Positions 1-13,604 are shown, numbered from the stretch's first letter. The stretch is 64,000 bases of DNA from Octopus vulgaris (GCA_951406725.2 OX597818.1:18600001-18664000); one strand, 5' to 3'. Notes: generated from the sequence alone by a model not told the origin. Made by a program: numbers and translations.

Positions 1-95
1 CACTGGGGTGGATTCTTTCGAGTAAAACAATTCAAGGCAGAGTCCCAGCATGGCTGCAGTACAAAGATTAAAACTAGTAAACGATAAAAAGAAAT
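1..95 (+). mobile_element. 3' end of SINE family B (internal-microsatellite tRNA-SINE)
   Basis: ctggggtggattctttcgagtaaaacaattcaaggcagagtcccagcatggctgcagt...aaactagtaaa matches the 3' end of the complete copy at 56934-57364. Confidence 0.75.
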
Positions 96-847
96 AAACG
101 ATAGATTTAACTCCAGACAAATTTCATTATAACTCTTTCCATTCTTATCATATTTCTCCATTTCTTTACAGCACAATAAGCTTCACTATCCACCAACTAT
201 AATCAATAGCTCAACAGTGCGTTGTAAACAAAAGTAGACTTTCAATGTGAAAATAATCCTCTGGTCCATTAGCTGAATCAAACCGGTTGTGTATGGGGAC
301 AGACAAGTTCCTGGAACATTATTTGTCTAGTCACTCAGTTTCGGTGTGAGGCTCAGAGTACATTCTACAAAATCAAGGGTCTGTTTTCAAAATCAGTGAA
401 TTCTATTGTTGTAATGTGTGCGAATTACGTAATATGTCGTGTTCTACGTCATAACCAGGATGTCAGTGACTATCATTAACATACAGTATGACAAACGAGG
501 TTTTCAGTAAAGTACAAATGTTACCTATACATACATGCATACAAACATACATACATACATAAATACATACATACATAAATACATACATACACACACACAT
601 ATATATATATATAGATGTATATATAAATGTGTATATATATATATATATATATATAAGTTTTTTATTAAAATTTTATGTATTGATTAAGTATTTCCTTGTT
701 TCCAAATTTGCAAAATAGTGGTTTTGTCTAGACGCTAATGTAAGCTAGTGGGTGTGGGTGTGCGCGTGTGTGTGTGTGTAGGCTGCGTGTGTGTGTGTGT
801 GTGTGTGGTGTGCGTATATCGAATATAACCATATCCAAGTAGCAGAA

Positions 848-1220
848 AGATAAACAGTAAGGTGTGATTTGAGGAGATATTTCTAAAGCTGCCATGTAGG
901 GCCTCATAGGCCTACATACATATATACATAGATAAGACAGTAGGTGTGATTTGGGGAAATTTCTGCTATTTCTACCAGGTCTAGCTGCCATGTAGGGTCT
1001 CATAGGCTCATACATACATATATACATAGATAAGACAGTAGGTGATGAATTTGGCTGCTATTTCTACCATAGGGGTCTCCTCATAGTGTGATTTGGGGAA
1101 TTTTGCTATTTCTACCAGGTCTAGCACATGTAGAGGTCCCCCTCATTGGCTCATAATATATCATACATAAGACAGTAAGGTGTGATTTGAGGGAGATTTG
1201 GCTGCTGTTTCTACCAGTCT
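848..1220. repeat. Degenerate tandem array, about 4-5 units of 60-100 bp
   Basis: Recurrent gataagacagta(a)ggtgtgatttg...gctatttctaccag...catgtagg motif near 850, 931, 1028, 1085 and 1167. Confidence 0.8.
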
Positions 1221-1299
1221 GTTAGGCCTTCTCATGTAAACTCAAGCTTCTCATGCATGAACATAGACCAAAGCAGAGAATTATTTTTTATTCTTCTGC

Positions 1300-1522
1300 T
1301 TTTTCCAGCCATTGTCTGTGGCCATGCTGGGCAATGCCTTGAAGAATTGTAGTTTAATGAATCAACTCACTTTTATTTTTGTAAGCATTGTCATTCTATC
1401 TGTTTCCTTTGTCAAACCACTAGGTGACAGGGATGTAACAAACCATATTCGTGTCAAGCAGGTGGAGGACAATCACAAGCACAGACACGCACACACACAC
1501 ATACATGCATACACATATACAC

Positions 1523-1553
<31 letters not shown>

Positions 1554-1560
1554 TATGTGT
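1300..1560 (-). mobile_element. SINE family B, 3' half running into its microsatellite
   Basis: gtggccatgctgggcaatgccttgaag...gtcaagcaggtggaggacaa is the diverged reverse complement of 57160-57350. Confidence 0.7.
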
Positions 1561-1571
1561 GTATATATATA

Positions 1572-1852
1572 TTGCAGCGGAAGGTGTTTGTCCATTTAAG
1601 AAACACACAAAACGTTACATTCTAACATTTTTTTTTGCAAATATCGTTTTGAGACCGCGACCTGTTCACTGACAAAAATCGTGCTAACGGTCGCGGTCTC
1701 AAACGATGAAAATATTTTGACAAATAAATTTAAGTGAATCTACGTTTTTTGTGTTTCTTAAATGGCTTATAAACACCTTCAACGCTGCAACTGTTTTCGT
1801 TCCAGCACACGATCTCAGATCAAATCACTTGCTATGCAAGTACATCTCTGTA
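1572..1852. mobile_element. Foldback element, diverged second copy of 46201-46537
   Basis: Imperfect inverted arms (about 1572-1682 and 1687-1790) plus the same tail gttttcgttccagcacacgatctcagatcaaatcacttgctatgcaagtacatctc; flanked by (TA)n. Confidence 0.85.
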
Positions 1853-1952
1853 ACTATATATATATTTATATATATATATATATGTATATTGGTAAAAACA
1901 GTAAGATAACAAAAGAAAGAAAGAGACCTCAATATTATGTAAATAGAGGAAA

Positions 1953-2323
1953 TCTTTTATATAAAAGTGAGGTTGTGTGTCTGTCTCCTACGATTTAGAT
2001 TCCTAACTACTCCCACATTTTGCGGTGCAGTTTAACCAAAACCGGGTATCTTATAGTCGTGATTCATATCGAGACCGTCTGGGTATTAGCGCGCGTCTAC
2101 GATTAAAAAAAAATTTACCATCAATTTTTCCCATTTTTAATCCATTTTTGACATATATAAGGGAAGTAACTCTCTAAAATTTATTATTAAATCTCAAAAC
2201 GTAAAAAGCTACAGTAACACCCTCCCCTTTGTGGTTAGCCATATTGAGATGGCTATTATATATCTCTAAAAATGCTTATATAATTATTTCCTTACAAACC
2301 CGAGCAACGCCGGGCGATACTAG
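1953..2323 (+). mobile_element. Non-autonomous Helitron-like element
   Basis: 5' TC (tcttttatataaaa), subterminal hairpin cccg-agcaacgc-cggg (2299-2314), 3' CTAG (2320-2323), inserted between A and T with no TSD. Confidence 0.7.
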
Positions 2324-2368
<45 letters not shown>

Positions 2369-2394
2369 GTATGTATATATATATTTGTATATAT

Positions 2395-2453
<59 letters not shown>

Positions 2454-2571
2454 CATACATATATATATTTATACACACACACACATATATATATATATAT
2501 GCATTTCAGTACTCAGTTCATATTCACAATTAAGAAAACGGGCACACAAGCACACCAACTCTCTCTCTCTC

Positions 2572-2602
<31 letters not shown>

Positions 2603-3161
2603 AATATACACACAAACACACACATACGTCAACAAGCGAAAGTCTCTCTTTCGTCTACATCCTGAGTCAACATTACTGTATTTGTTATTGTCCACATTGT
2701 TGTTTTTATAGTCGTTGTTATTGTTGTCAATTGTTCTTGTTTTGATTGACACGAACGTGTGCAAATTGTTATTATATTCTCTGGTAGAAATCAATGATAT
2801 AATATTGTTCCTGTCTGTATGCGTGACACCAGTAATACTTCTTTGTCTCTAATGCATGACTGACATCAATACTATTCTTTTATCTCTGTTGAGTGTATAT
2901 GTATAAACTGATTGAGAACAGAGCAGCAGTATTTCTATGGTATAATTGACAGCGGTTGTATTATTGCCTCGTGTGTATATATATGTATGTTATGAGTGTG
3001 TATATATATTTAAATATGTATGTATATGTATGTATATATACACATATATATGTACATACACATACACATACACACATATATATATGCTATGTTTTTATAA
3101 CACACACATACACGCACATATGTGTGTACATAGGCGCATAAATACATTTAAGTTATATATT

Positions 3162-3221
<60 letters not shown>

Positions 3222-3314
3222 TATATGTATATATATAAGTGTACATATGCGCATAAATACATATAGTTATAAGTAATTATACACACATTCATAATACATA
3301 CATACATACATACA

Positions 3315-3350
<36 letters not shown>

Positions 3351-4265
3351 TATATATTTACATACGTACACATTAACATAAATACATCTAAAATTATATG
3401 CAATTATATATATGTACATATATATACATACATATAGTTATATATGTAAGTTATAAGTCTTTACACACAGCATACACACACGCATACACACAGACACACA
3501 CACACACACACGTACACATACACACAAACACACACACACTGTACTGTTTGATGTCAGTAATATAGATTTTGTACTTCCCCACCACTGAATAGTTGACATT
3601 AAAAATACACGTTGTTTTTCTTCTATATTCTATTGCTGATGTCAATAATCGACTTTGATGTTTGTTTAATATTATACTCATCAATAATAGTTACTCGTAT
3701 TGGCACAAGGCCACATATATATGCAAAGGAGATTGGATGATAGGCAGTCGATTAATAACATGCACATCATTACATGACTGGTATTTAATTTATCGGCACG
3801 CTGATTCCAGGGGAAAGGAGAGACAGCACTGTTTTCTAGTCGTAAAACAAGCACGAAATTGTGGTTTTTAGTTATCCGATGATTACAGGGTTGCGCAGCT
3901 ATCATTATGCGCTTGCTCACTCGTTTCACTGACTGGTGAAATATCACTGTTATCATATGATATTCTGCTTCTTAGCTGAGGCAGGTGATGTCTTTATTTA
4001 TATATTTCTTTCTGATATGTTTTATCTTTCATTCTGTACTTGTTTCATTCACTGGACTGTGTCCATGCTCCGGTACTGCCTTAAAGTACTTATTTAGTTA
4101 TATCTGTTACGCATTCTACCAGTAGAACCTTTTTGGAGAATTGCTACGTTACGGGAATGCTAGCCAACCAACAACGGTTGTCAAGCGATGGTGATATAAA
4201 TCTACATACATAAAAACACACATACACCCACAGGCACGCACACGTACACACAGATACATACATAC

Positions 4266-4308
<43 letters not shown>

Positions 4309-4343
4309 TATAATGTAATACATGTCTTTGGTGTGGTAATTGT

Positions 4344-4434
4344 GCGCGGCTGAAGAAGGCTATTGACATACATGTTACATCAATTATGCATTGATATAAA
4401 CTGCCCAATAAAGTCAGAAACGTATGTACCGCTA
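4344..4434 (+). ncRNA. Type I hammerhead ribozyme motif with extended stem II
   Basis: Stem I gcgg(4346-49)/ccgc(4429-32); CTGAAGA 4350-56; stem II ggct-attg/caat-aa-agtc; GAAA 4417-20; near-palindromic stem III acgtatgt; GUA 4426-28. Confidence 0.7.
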
Positions 4435-4548
4435 AATCCCTTGCATCCTGTTTTTCTTTGGATAAATATACCCTATCACCTACACCACTAACTGGCATAT
4501 ACAGGTGCTTACAGTTATCAAGTATTCACCCTGAATTTTTTGTATTCA

Positions 4549-4549
4549 T

Positions 4550-4627
<78 letters not shown>

Positions 4628-4676
4628 GGATGGATGGATAGATGGATGGATAGATAGATAGATAGATAGATAGATT

Positions 4677-4710
<34 letters not shown>

Positions 4711-4711
4711 C

Positions 4712-4764
<53 letters not shown>

Positions 4765-4812
4765 TATGGATGGATAGATAGATGGATAGATGGATGGATG
4801 CATAGATAGACA
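4549..4812. repeat. (GATA)n/(GATG)n microsatellite
   Basis: Direct reading. Confidence 0.98.
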
Positions 4813-5659
4813 TACGTCGGGTTCTTGCTCAGTTACTGTGCAACCAATTTCACTCACAAGGCATTGGTCGGCTCTAGTGCTATAATAGAAGCCAGGTTGC
4901 TAAACAACGTAGCTATGGTGTCACGTATAAAATATGCATTTTCTCAGTATATGCTCTTTGCTACAGGTTTTCAATGGACAAAGCTCTTGTTTGTTGTATT
5001 TACAACAGAAAAGATACCAACAAGAAGGATAAGGTTGTTTCTAACCCTGAGCAAGACACGTGTTTCTTAAAACACAGTTTGTTTTCATATTTTATTTTGT
5101 TTTTCTTACCGCCGTTTCTATCTAACGTCAGAAGTACCACGCGCATGCGAGCACACGCACACACACATTCTCAATAGACACTAACCAGTACCTTCACACA
5201 AACACAGACAATACATATATCCGATTGATTATGCAAGATTCCATTGAATCGTAAAGATTTACGAATCAACATTCCACCGGTGCAATACCATTTCCTAAAG
5301 CGAATTAAGGAATTCTTACACGGTCATTTAACATTCGAGATGTAGCAACCAGAAAGATGTTCAAACTGGGCATTAGTCACCGCCTTCATACTGGGGAAGA
5401 GAGATATAGAAAAGTCGTGACTCGTAACTCTGATTCCCTGTCCAACTTATAAAAGGATAAAATCCAATCAAGAGCTCAAATACGAATTGCTTCCTTTCTT
5501 TTCCCATTACACCACAACTATGAGAGCCTTTTTTTCCTCTTTAGCAGAAAAGTATATACCTTCTTCGAGGTACACTCTTGACATTCGTCTTACCACCTTT
5601 TGTATAACCATTGAACGTCACTACTCTGATCTTGTTTCACGCATAAAAAGTGGAGAAAG

Positions 5660-5990
5660 CCCTTTTGGTCATGAATGATCATGGAATTGCCTCTAGAAAG
5701 TTCCTCTCCGAGGCACAAGTCCGGGCAAGGTTATTTATGAAGACCAGCAGTCGCTCCATGCATAGCAGCCACCCCTCTCCACACCACCGATGGTATCCAA
5801 GAGAAAGAGAAAGATCGATAAAGCTTGGCATTATTGATGTCGCAACTCATTTCTGCAGCTGATTGAACTGGAGCAACGTGAAATAAAGTGCCTTGCTGAA
5901 AAACACAACACACAACCCCGTCTGAGAATGGAACTTACTACCTTTTGATTGTGAATCCGATACTCTAGCCACTGAAACATGTGCCTTCAG
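5660..5990 (-). mobile_element. tRNA-derived SINE family C
   Basis: Minus-strand tRNA-like head tgaaggcacatgtttcagtggctagagt...agttccattctc; body shared with 25385-25615 and head with 23815-23945. Confidence 0.75.
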
Positions 5991-6134
5991 TAGGACTTAC
6001 CCATATCCATTTAGGAAACAGCAATAACCGCATCGATTTCGCCTAAGTTGGAAGCCTTGAAAATATTATGTGCAGTGTCAAACATTAATAGACTTTATTA
6101 CCAGCAGCAACAATAAAAATCACCGCAACAACAA

Positions 6135-7148
6135 TACTTTCTGCTATAGGTTCATGACCTAAAATTTTTGGGTGTGGTATAGTCGATTACATCAACAGTT
6201 CAACTGTTACTTATTGCATCGACTCTGAAAGATAAAAGGCATGGACGACCTCGGACGAATTTGAACTCAGGACGTAAAGCAGGATGAAATGTCGCTCAGC
6301 ATTTGGTCGGCGCGCTAATTGCTATTACCAAATTTCAAATTTTTGGCACCATTTTGGCAGCAGTTGCGAGATAGGAGTAAGGAGATAATACCAATCCCAG
6401 TGCTCGACTGATACTTATTTTATCGACCCTGAAGGGACTAATGGCAAAGTTGACCTATCCGAATTTGAACTTAGGATACAAAAACCAGAAGAAATACCTA
6501 TTTCTTTACTACCCACAAGGGGCTACACACAGAGGGGACAAACAAGGACAGACAAACGGATTAAGTCGATTATATCGACCCCAGTGCGTAACTAGTACTT
6601 AATTTATCGATCCCGAAAGGATGAAAGGCTAAGTCGACCTCGGCAGAATTTGAACTCAGAACGTAACGACAGAAGAAATACCGCTCAGCATTTTGTCCGG
6701 TGCGTTAAAGATTCTGCCAGCGCACTGCCTTAACAACAACAATTATAATAACAATAGTTTCAAAACGTGTTGCACAAGGCCATCAATTTTGAAGAAACTC
6801 AATTACATCAGACCCAGTACTCAACTGCTACTTATATTATCGATCCGGAATGGTGAACGGCAAAGACGACCATCAACAGCATATGACTGGAAGAGCCAGA
6901 AGAAATAGCTAGCCACCCTAATAATGATTATTATTCTTTCGAAAGTTGGCACAAGGCCATCATTTTTGAGGGAAGAGGAAGTCAATTACAATGACCTAAG
7001 TGCTCGACTAGTAGTTATTTTACAGTTCCTGAAACGATGAAAGGCAAAGTCGTTCTCGGCGGAATGCGAGCTCTGAAATCGAAACAGGAAAAAACGCTGC
7101 TAATCATTTTGTCCGGCGTGCTAACGATTCTGCCAGCTCATAGCCTTA
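6135..7148 (-). mobile_element. Cluster of five co-oriented SINE family A copies (OR-like tRNA-SINE)
   Basis: Repeated variants of tttatcgacccc-gaaaggatgaaaggcaaagtcgacctcggcggaatttgaactcag near 6220, 6420, 6605, 6840 and 7020; the copy at 6499-6731 is the least diverged. Confidence 0.9.
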
Positions 7149-7159
7149 TAATAATTGAG

Positions 7160-7400
7160 ATACGAAGCTCTAAAGAGAGAAATAAAAGAGTAATGGTCGA
7201 TGAAAAAAAAACATTGAATTTTGTGCTGATAATTCTTGGTATCCTAGGCACAGTGAACAGTGGAATTGTTGGAAAGTATTGACATGAAAATGAAAATGGA
7301 ACACATCCAGAAATAGCATTACTTAGCAGCTTGGCAGTGCAAGATCCTTGGCGAAAAGTATTGAGATTTTAAAAAAGAAACCATCGCTTCTCAGTTCATT
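7160..7400 (+). mobile_element. Decayed 3' end of Dong/R4-type LINE
   Basis: Frameshifted EALKREIK...FVLIILGILGTV...MEHIQK similar to the peptide at 7684-7888. Confidence 0.55.
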
Positions 7401-7610
7401 GTGACAAACGAGGGACAACTGATGTGGTTTACAGTTTTCTTCAAGGAGCAAGATTTTTATCCCTTCATGTTTTCATTAATCAAGGCATCTGACAGCGTTA
7501 ATTGTGAAGATCTGTAGCATGTTCTTCCGCTAAAATTGACTCTCTCTCCCATGTTGCATCGATGCCATCGCGTTCTTTAACAATGCAAAGAGAGCAGCAT
7601 GACGATAATG

Positions 7611-7683
<73 letters not shown>

Positions 7684-7687
<4 letters not shown>

Positions 7688-7982
7688 GACCTGGAAATAG
7701 AGATAACTAGAATGTGGAACCTGAAAACAGAAACAATTCCTATCATAGTAGGTGCATTAGGCATGATAAAAAAATATTCAGACAAATACATAACAAAAAC
7801 ACCAGGACTTACAAACACATATAACATACAGAAAATTGCACTACTAGGCACTGCACACATCCTACGCAGAACACTTTCCATACAATAACCATCAGAGCAT
7901 CACAACAAATCACAGCACATACCCAAGGCACACAGAGCTGCGCTCGGTAGTGAAGTGAAAGCACGCTATAAAAATAAAACTA

Positions 7983-7985
<3 letters not shown>
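7684..7985 (+). mobile_element. 5'-truncated Dong/R4-type non-LTR retrotransposon (endonuclease-domain C-terminus plus 3' UTR) in (TAA)n
   Basis: KDLEIEITRMWNLKTETIPIIVGALG...IQKIALLGTAHILRRTL* fits the R4/Dong C-terminus; pure (TAA)n on both sides. Confidence 0.8.
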
Positions 7986-8077
<92 letters not shown>

Positions 8078-8417
8078 GTAGTGGGGGAGCATCATAGCCA
8101 TGTGTTGAGAGGGATTCTTTGGGGTTTGAATAGTTCACCCCGGGGAACATGGGTGGTTCTTTCAACATCCTTAAACAACCCTTATTCAGGGACCGTTTGA
8201 GCGGGATGGGCTACTCAACCTGAAGAAAATTCTAACTGGGCCCCACCTGCAAGGTCATGTGCTGTTTATCTTGATATGAGATCACCATGTCGCGCACATA
8301 TGGTTGTGATGCATGTGCCTGGTGTACCTTTATCGGACGGGTAGTCATGATGGGTATATTGGGCTTCGTATATTTTACCCCAGTGTCACTTTGATGGCAT
8401 GAACTGCTCTCTCACTC
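8078..8417 (+). mobile_element. (TAA)n-inserted non-coding retroposon, 5'-truncated copy
   Basis: Near-identical to 41416-41755 and 34934-35271; fixed 3' end ctctctcactc-(aat)n. Confidence 0.9.
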
Positions 8418-8463
<46 letters not shown>

Positions 8464-8599
8464 CAAATTTCAAATTTTGGCCCCAGGCCAGCAATTTTGT
8501 AGAGGGAGTAATTCGCTGATATCGTCCCCAGTGTTCACCTGGTAATTATTTTATCGACTAGGAAATGATTTTGAATTACTTCCTCTTCCCTTCATGGAA

Positions 8600-9010
8600 A
8601 TCCAGGATTATCTGGATCTGGTTGTCTGTACACTCTACACTCGACAACATATTGATGCCGTCACCTTCACACTCACCATATACCTATGCTAATACGTAAA
8701 GGTGACGGTAAGTGAGGTTCAACATTTGTGCCTATATAACTGAAGGTTTTCTTTGTCATATTCTTGGGACCCAAGCATTTCGCAAGCAGCATGTCAGTAA
8801 GGGAGTACCGTACCAGCTTGATATGTCTTTTCACATTAGTTTTCGACCTTAATGACCAGAAAAACGCTACGTCATGCTTTGCTCCGGTTGAGAGATTACA
8901 CAGCTTTTCATAAATCCATAAATCCATACATTCGTCAAGGCTTCCTGAAATTTTTCTGTGTAAGACATATGGAAAACTTCCCAGATAAATAAAATGCAGA
9001 GCTATGTCAT
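8600..9010 (-). pseudogene. Decayed RTE-like LINE reverse transcriptase C-terminal fragment
   Basis: Minus-strand FIYLGS followed by ...DVAFFWSLRSKTNVKRHIK; frameshifted; motif recall only. Confidence 0.4.
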
Positions 9011-9539
9011 ACTCCTTCTTACTCTTTCGTAGGTAAAATTCTCAGGCGAAACATTTTTCCTTGTTATAAATGATCTCGGTTGCACCTAAAAAATTTTCTT
9101 TGAGCTTGATCCATAGAATCAAAGGTATTGGGAAAAAATAAAATATTTTTGTTGTTGGAAGTTGTGATGCTATTGATGTTTAGTTGATTCTATGTTTCAT
9201 GTTTTTTTAAAGTTTTTCATTGTACAAATGTTTATATTTGAAACTCACTTTGTTTCATTTCCAGATTGTTTTTCTTTTTTTTTTGAAATCTGTTTTCTTA
9301 TTCGAAATCATTTGAAAAGAGAAGTATTTGTGTACGTTATTGAAGCTATTGTTACTATAACTGTAGTGAGTATATCTCTTTTAAAAATTCTGAGGCAACT
9401 TTTGAACCATAAATCACAATACAAATGGATGCTGCGCAAAATTACATATGGACCACTAAAAACAAGATTTCGGAAAATGTCATTCTTCGAAACAATGTAA
9501 CACAGGAGCCGTCTAAATATATCGAGACATTTATTAGAA

Positions 9540-10195
9540 AAAATATAAACGAAATACAAATAATGTGAAAAGTCATTTAAACGGAATTCTGCAAGCGTGA
9601 CATGTGTTTCTACAGCCGAAATAGAAAGTATAGCGTGCTAAGAAATTAGACATTAAAACACTAAGTGCAACAAAGCGTAACATCACACCTCATCTCAAAA
9701 CACTACTGTATATTTCAAATCACAACCCTAGAAACAATGAGGCATACAACACTATTGTACAAAATCTACATATGTTCACTAGAGATTAAAAAATCAACAA
9801 CATTCTGAAAACATAAATTCATAAAATTTAAAAAGCAACACAACTCGCTTTAAAGACTTCTAACAATTGCGAAGCTTTACACAACAACCACTAAACCAAC
9901 GATTAAAAAGTGTGGACGCCGAATGTGTGGAACATGCTTCAACCTACTGGAAGGCTTGGAATTCCTATTCAAACGAGGAGAGAGGTTCACAATTAAAACC
10001 AACTTCACTTGTGCTACCGAGAATCTAATTTATGTTATAACTCGCTCAGGTTGTGGACATAGCTGTATAGGACGGACAATTATGGTATTTAGACAGAGAA
10101 CCACATTACATAAGGAACAGATCCGGTTCCCGCAATACAGATAGATTCCTTTGAGTGAACACATAGTTAGATGTGCAGGTAATATCCAACCAAAG
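9540..10195 (+). pseudogene. Penelope-like element linker plus GIY-YIG endonuclease remnant
   Basis: KKCGRRMCGTC...FTIKTNFTCATENLIYVITRSGCGHSCIGRT...FRQRTTLHKEQIR...PLSEHI. Confidence 0.85.
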
Positions 10196-10429
10196 AGGAA
10201 GAAGAAGGAGAAGAAAAAGAATAAGACGAAGAAGAAAAAGAGAAAGAAGAAAAAGACAGCAGTGGTATAACAGTAGTAGACTGTTGGTAGAGTCTTCTTA
10301 AATGTCAAGTGACATAAAAGTGACCTGTTGTGGTTATAGCAGTAGTGATTGGAATTGGTCTGGATAAATTTATGAGTAATGGCTGTTCTGAATATATCGT
10401 TTTAATATTTGCGTGGGTATTACTCTAAG

Positions 10430-10712
10430 GCCCTTGTAGTAGTGTCGTCTGTGGTGGAAGTATTCAAAAGGGGTTTAAATTTGCGATAAAATATGACTCT
10501 TTGCTAATGCGCTGATTATGGGTTGCATCGTCCCTGAATATATAGACGGGGAAAGTTCTGAAGCTGGGTTGTTCGTTAGTGGCGCAAATTTCAATTTATT
10601 CGCTAAATGCCATTTTTCTGTAATCTGATATATATGTAGGGTCATCCTCTGGCGTAAACTGTTTTCAGTTTGGCCTATGTATTGCTCTCGGCACCCTGAG
10701 CAAGTTAACATA
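10430..10712 (-). pseudogene. Penelope-like GIY-YIG remnant, convergent with the previous one
   Basis: MLTCSGCREQYIGQTENSLRQRMTLH. Confidence 0.8.
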
Positions 10713-11019
10713 TATATATATTAGTGTGTGCATGTGTGTGTGTGTGTGTGTGCGTGTGTTCGAGTATTTGTAGGTACATATATATATTTATATATATATA
10801 TCATACACCCACACGCGCGCGCACACACGCACACACACATATATACACACAGTGCAGAAAAGTAAGGGCAAAGGCTAAGATGTTTCAAAACCTCGAACAC
10901 CGTTGAAATCGGTGCTGTTTAAGTTAGTGGGTACATTTGTAGGGTACGTAGACCAACAGAGAATCAAAATCGGCTACGTTTGATGTTTTTTTATATTAAG
11001 GTAGGAACGATGAGTTTCC

Positions 11020-11500
11020 TACATCTACTATCACCTATTAGATCGACGCTGTTGATAGTTTTCTTTGAGCGACTGTATGTTGACTGTTGCAACAACATAG
11101 TCAAGGAAAATTTTCCAGAAGTTTAACGCTCTAGTATTAAAAATTAGGAAAATTTGTTAGTTGTCGCAATGTGAGCGACGAGTGCATCGTGAATTCTGAA
11201 TTGAGGGAGAAAGAGAACAGGCAGCTTTGAATAATAGAAGACACTGTAGTTGTGATAGAAAATAGAAATGTGTGGAGACAGGACATGTATGGATCAGAGA
11301 TTAGAATACTTTGGTCAGCAGTTCGATACCAGACAGTTTGAAATCCTTGTTGGAGATACGGTCTACGATGTCTGCTGTATTATAGCGATCATTCCGACGT
11401 TCTAGCTACTCTACTAACAAACCGCTTTCTGGATATCGTAGACATTAGGCTTGATGAAAATATATTTACTTTCATTATGGATAAGTAACGGAATTTCGAC
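11020..11500 (-). pseudogene. Possible highly decayed Penelope-like RT fragment
   Basis: Weak frameshifted similarity (FIKP...; RP..S...IELLTK....PYMSCL) only. Confidence 0.3.
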
Positions 11501-11639
11501 ATCTGAAACCCATGATTCTCCAGCAAGGGTCGCTTTAACAATGATCGTTAGAGTTGCTTTAACGTACCTCTCAACGTCCGAAGTTAAGAGAAAATAACGT
11601 TGCATAGGAAAAGCGCATGCATTATTGCTAATGTAAATA

Positions 11640-11870
11640 TAGGAGACAAACTGGCTAACACGGTAGCGGGCCAGACAAAATGCTTTGAGGCATTTCTTCC
11701 AGCTTTTTACAGTCTAAGTTCAAATCCAACCGGGTTCAACCTTACCTTTCATTATTTCGTGGTCAATAAATTAAGTATCAGTTGAGCACTAGGTTCGATG
11801 TAATCGATTAACAGCACACCCCCACCACAGCAAAACTTATAGCCTTGTGCAAAAATGTGAGAGCATTTTT
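11640..11870 (+). mobile_element. SINE family A, diverged
   Basis: aagttcaaatcc B-box-like, acctttcattatttcgtggtcaataaattaagta core. Confidence 0.75.
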
Positions 11871-12190
11871 ACTAAAATACATGAATTGACATTGTGTTTC
11901 AAGGTCGACCTTCTGATATCAATGTTATCTATATAACGTTATGAACAAATATGCGTACAGAAAACTAATACAATATATGTAATAATCATACATATTTAGT
12001 CTCGCTATGAACATGAATGTTAATAAAACTACAGAAGTTTCGGTATTGAGTGTTAAGGTCACCCGACTAGATTCTTTATGTTCGGTTTTTCACTGAGACG
12101 CTTATAGATACACGCATGCACACGTGCACACATACGTTCACTCTCGCTCTTTGTTTCACACACATTTAAACACATATATATTCATGCGTG

Positions 12191-12238
<48 letters not shown>

Positions 12239-13443
12239 TACATACATATGTAATATAAGCCTGCATACTATATATACACATGCGCACACACATACACATA
12301 CATACTCATATATATATTTGTATTTATATATGTTGGTTATCTTAAGCATTAAGTTGAAGCATATCCTTTATTATTAGAACTGAGTTATTTATAAGTCGAA
12401 TAAAAGTGACATAATATATGTGTGTGTGTATGCGTGTGAATGTGTGTGTCTGGCACATGCGTACGTGTATGTGTGCATACATGTGGGTATGTGTATATAC
12501 ATATACATATACTTCGTCCATTTACATACAAAACGGGTCGATGTAGATTATATAATCGATGGCATAAAGTCATTTCCCATCAATATATTTTTAAGAAAGC
12601 AATCTATTGCGTCTAAACTACAGAATTTTTGGCATGAAAATTATGGGATATCGATTTAAAAGTCAGTCGATCTCATCTGTCTAAACTATTTCGTCCAATA
12701 GAAATAAAAAGAAAAACCTTTCTCCCCTTACGAAATAAAAATATCTAATACAAGACATACATAGACTAGTAAATAACTAAATGAATAAAAAGAATAAATC
12801 TCTGTTAACAGACTGGCCATTATCGATAGGTTAGATCAGGCCGACCAATATCGATCAGCAACTGAAATGAATCTGTGAAAAATCTCACGTGAATAAAGAT
12901 AGCAGTGAAATGAATGCAAATGAAAACAGTTTCTGCAGAAAAGTTGTATTTTGTGCGGAAAATTACTGGTGAAAGAAGTGAAAGAAATACAATTTGGGTG
13001 TGCTATTTGGGTGTGCATATGATATATGTATGAATAAATATATATCTTCTATTATAAACATATCTTTAACTGTATGTATATGTGTGCATTTAGTATGTAT
13101 ATATTTTGTGTGTGTATGTGTGTTTGTTTTTGTGTGCGTATGTATATCTTTCTCATGGTGAAGTTCATCTGGTTTGACCTAACAAATTCAACGAAACTTA
13201 TGTTAATACAAACGTGATTGTAATCCTGCTTGTATATTACGTGTATGAATGCTGTTACAACATCAGTCATGGTGTTACTCGAAACAGTTGTCAAGATATG
13301 ACTATTACATAATTGCGTTTCTTTAGTTTATTCCTCAATGTATATTTTGTATTCTGTATAAATGTACGCATTATGCCTACTTGTGTATATTTGCCTTTCT
13401 AGCGATGCCTGAAATATATATAGAAAGAAATTGATATATATAC

Positions 13444-13604
<161 letters not shown>

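Larger units (their letters stand above)
4030..4900 (-). mobile_element. SINE family B split at its internal microsatellite by a nested insert
   Basis: 3' half at 4030-4200 and 5' part at 4815-4900 (ttcactcacaaggcattggtcggc) separated by (TA)n, a unique insert and (GATA)n. Confidence 0.65.

Noticed and set aside
848-1220. CRISPR-like repeat-spacer array
   Set aside because: Spacers are not unique, units are irregular, context is eukaryotic and there are no cas genes.
5230-5640. hAT transposase remnant on minus (VQWL...KVVRR)
   Set aside because: Similarity too short and frameshifted to support by eye.
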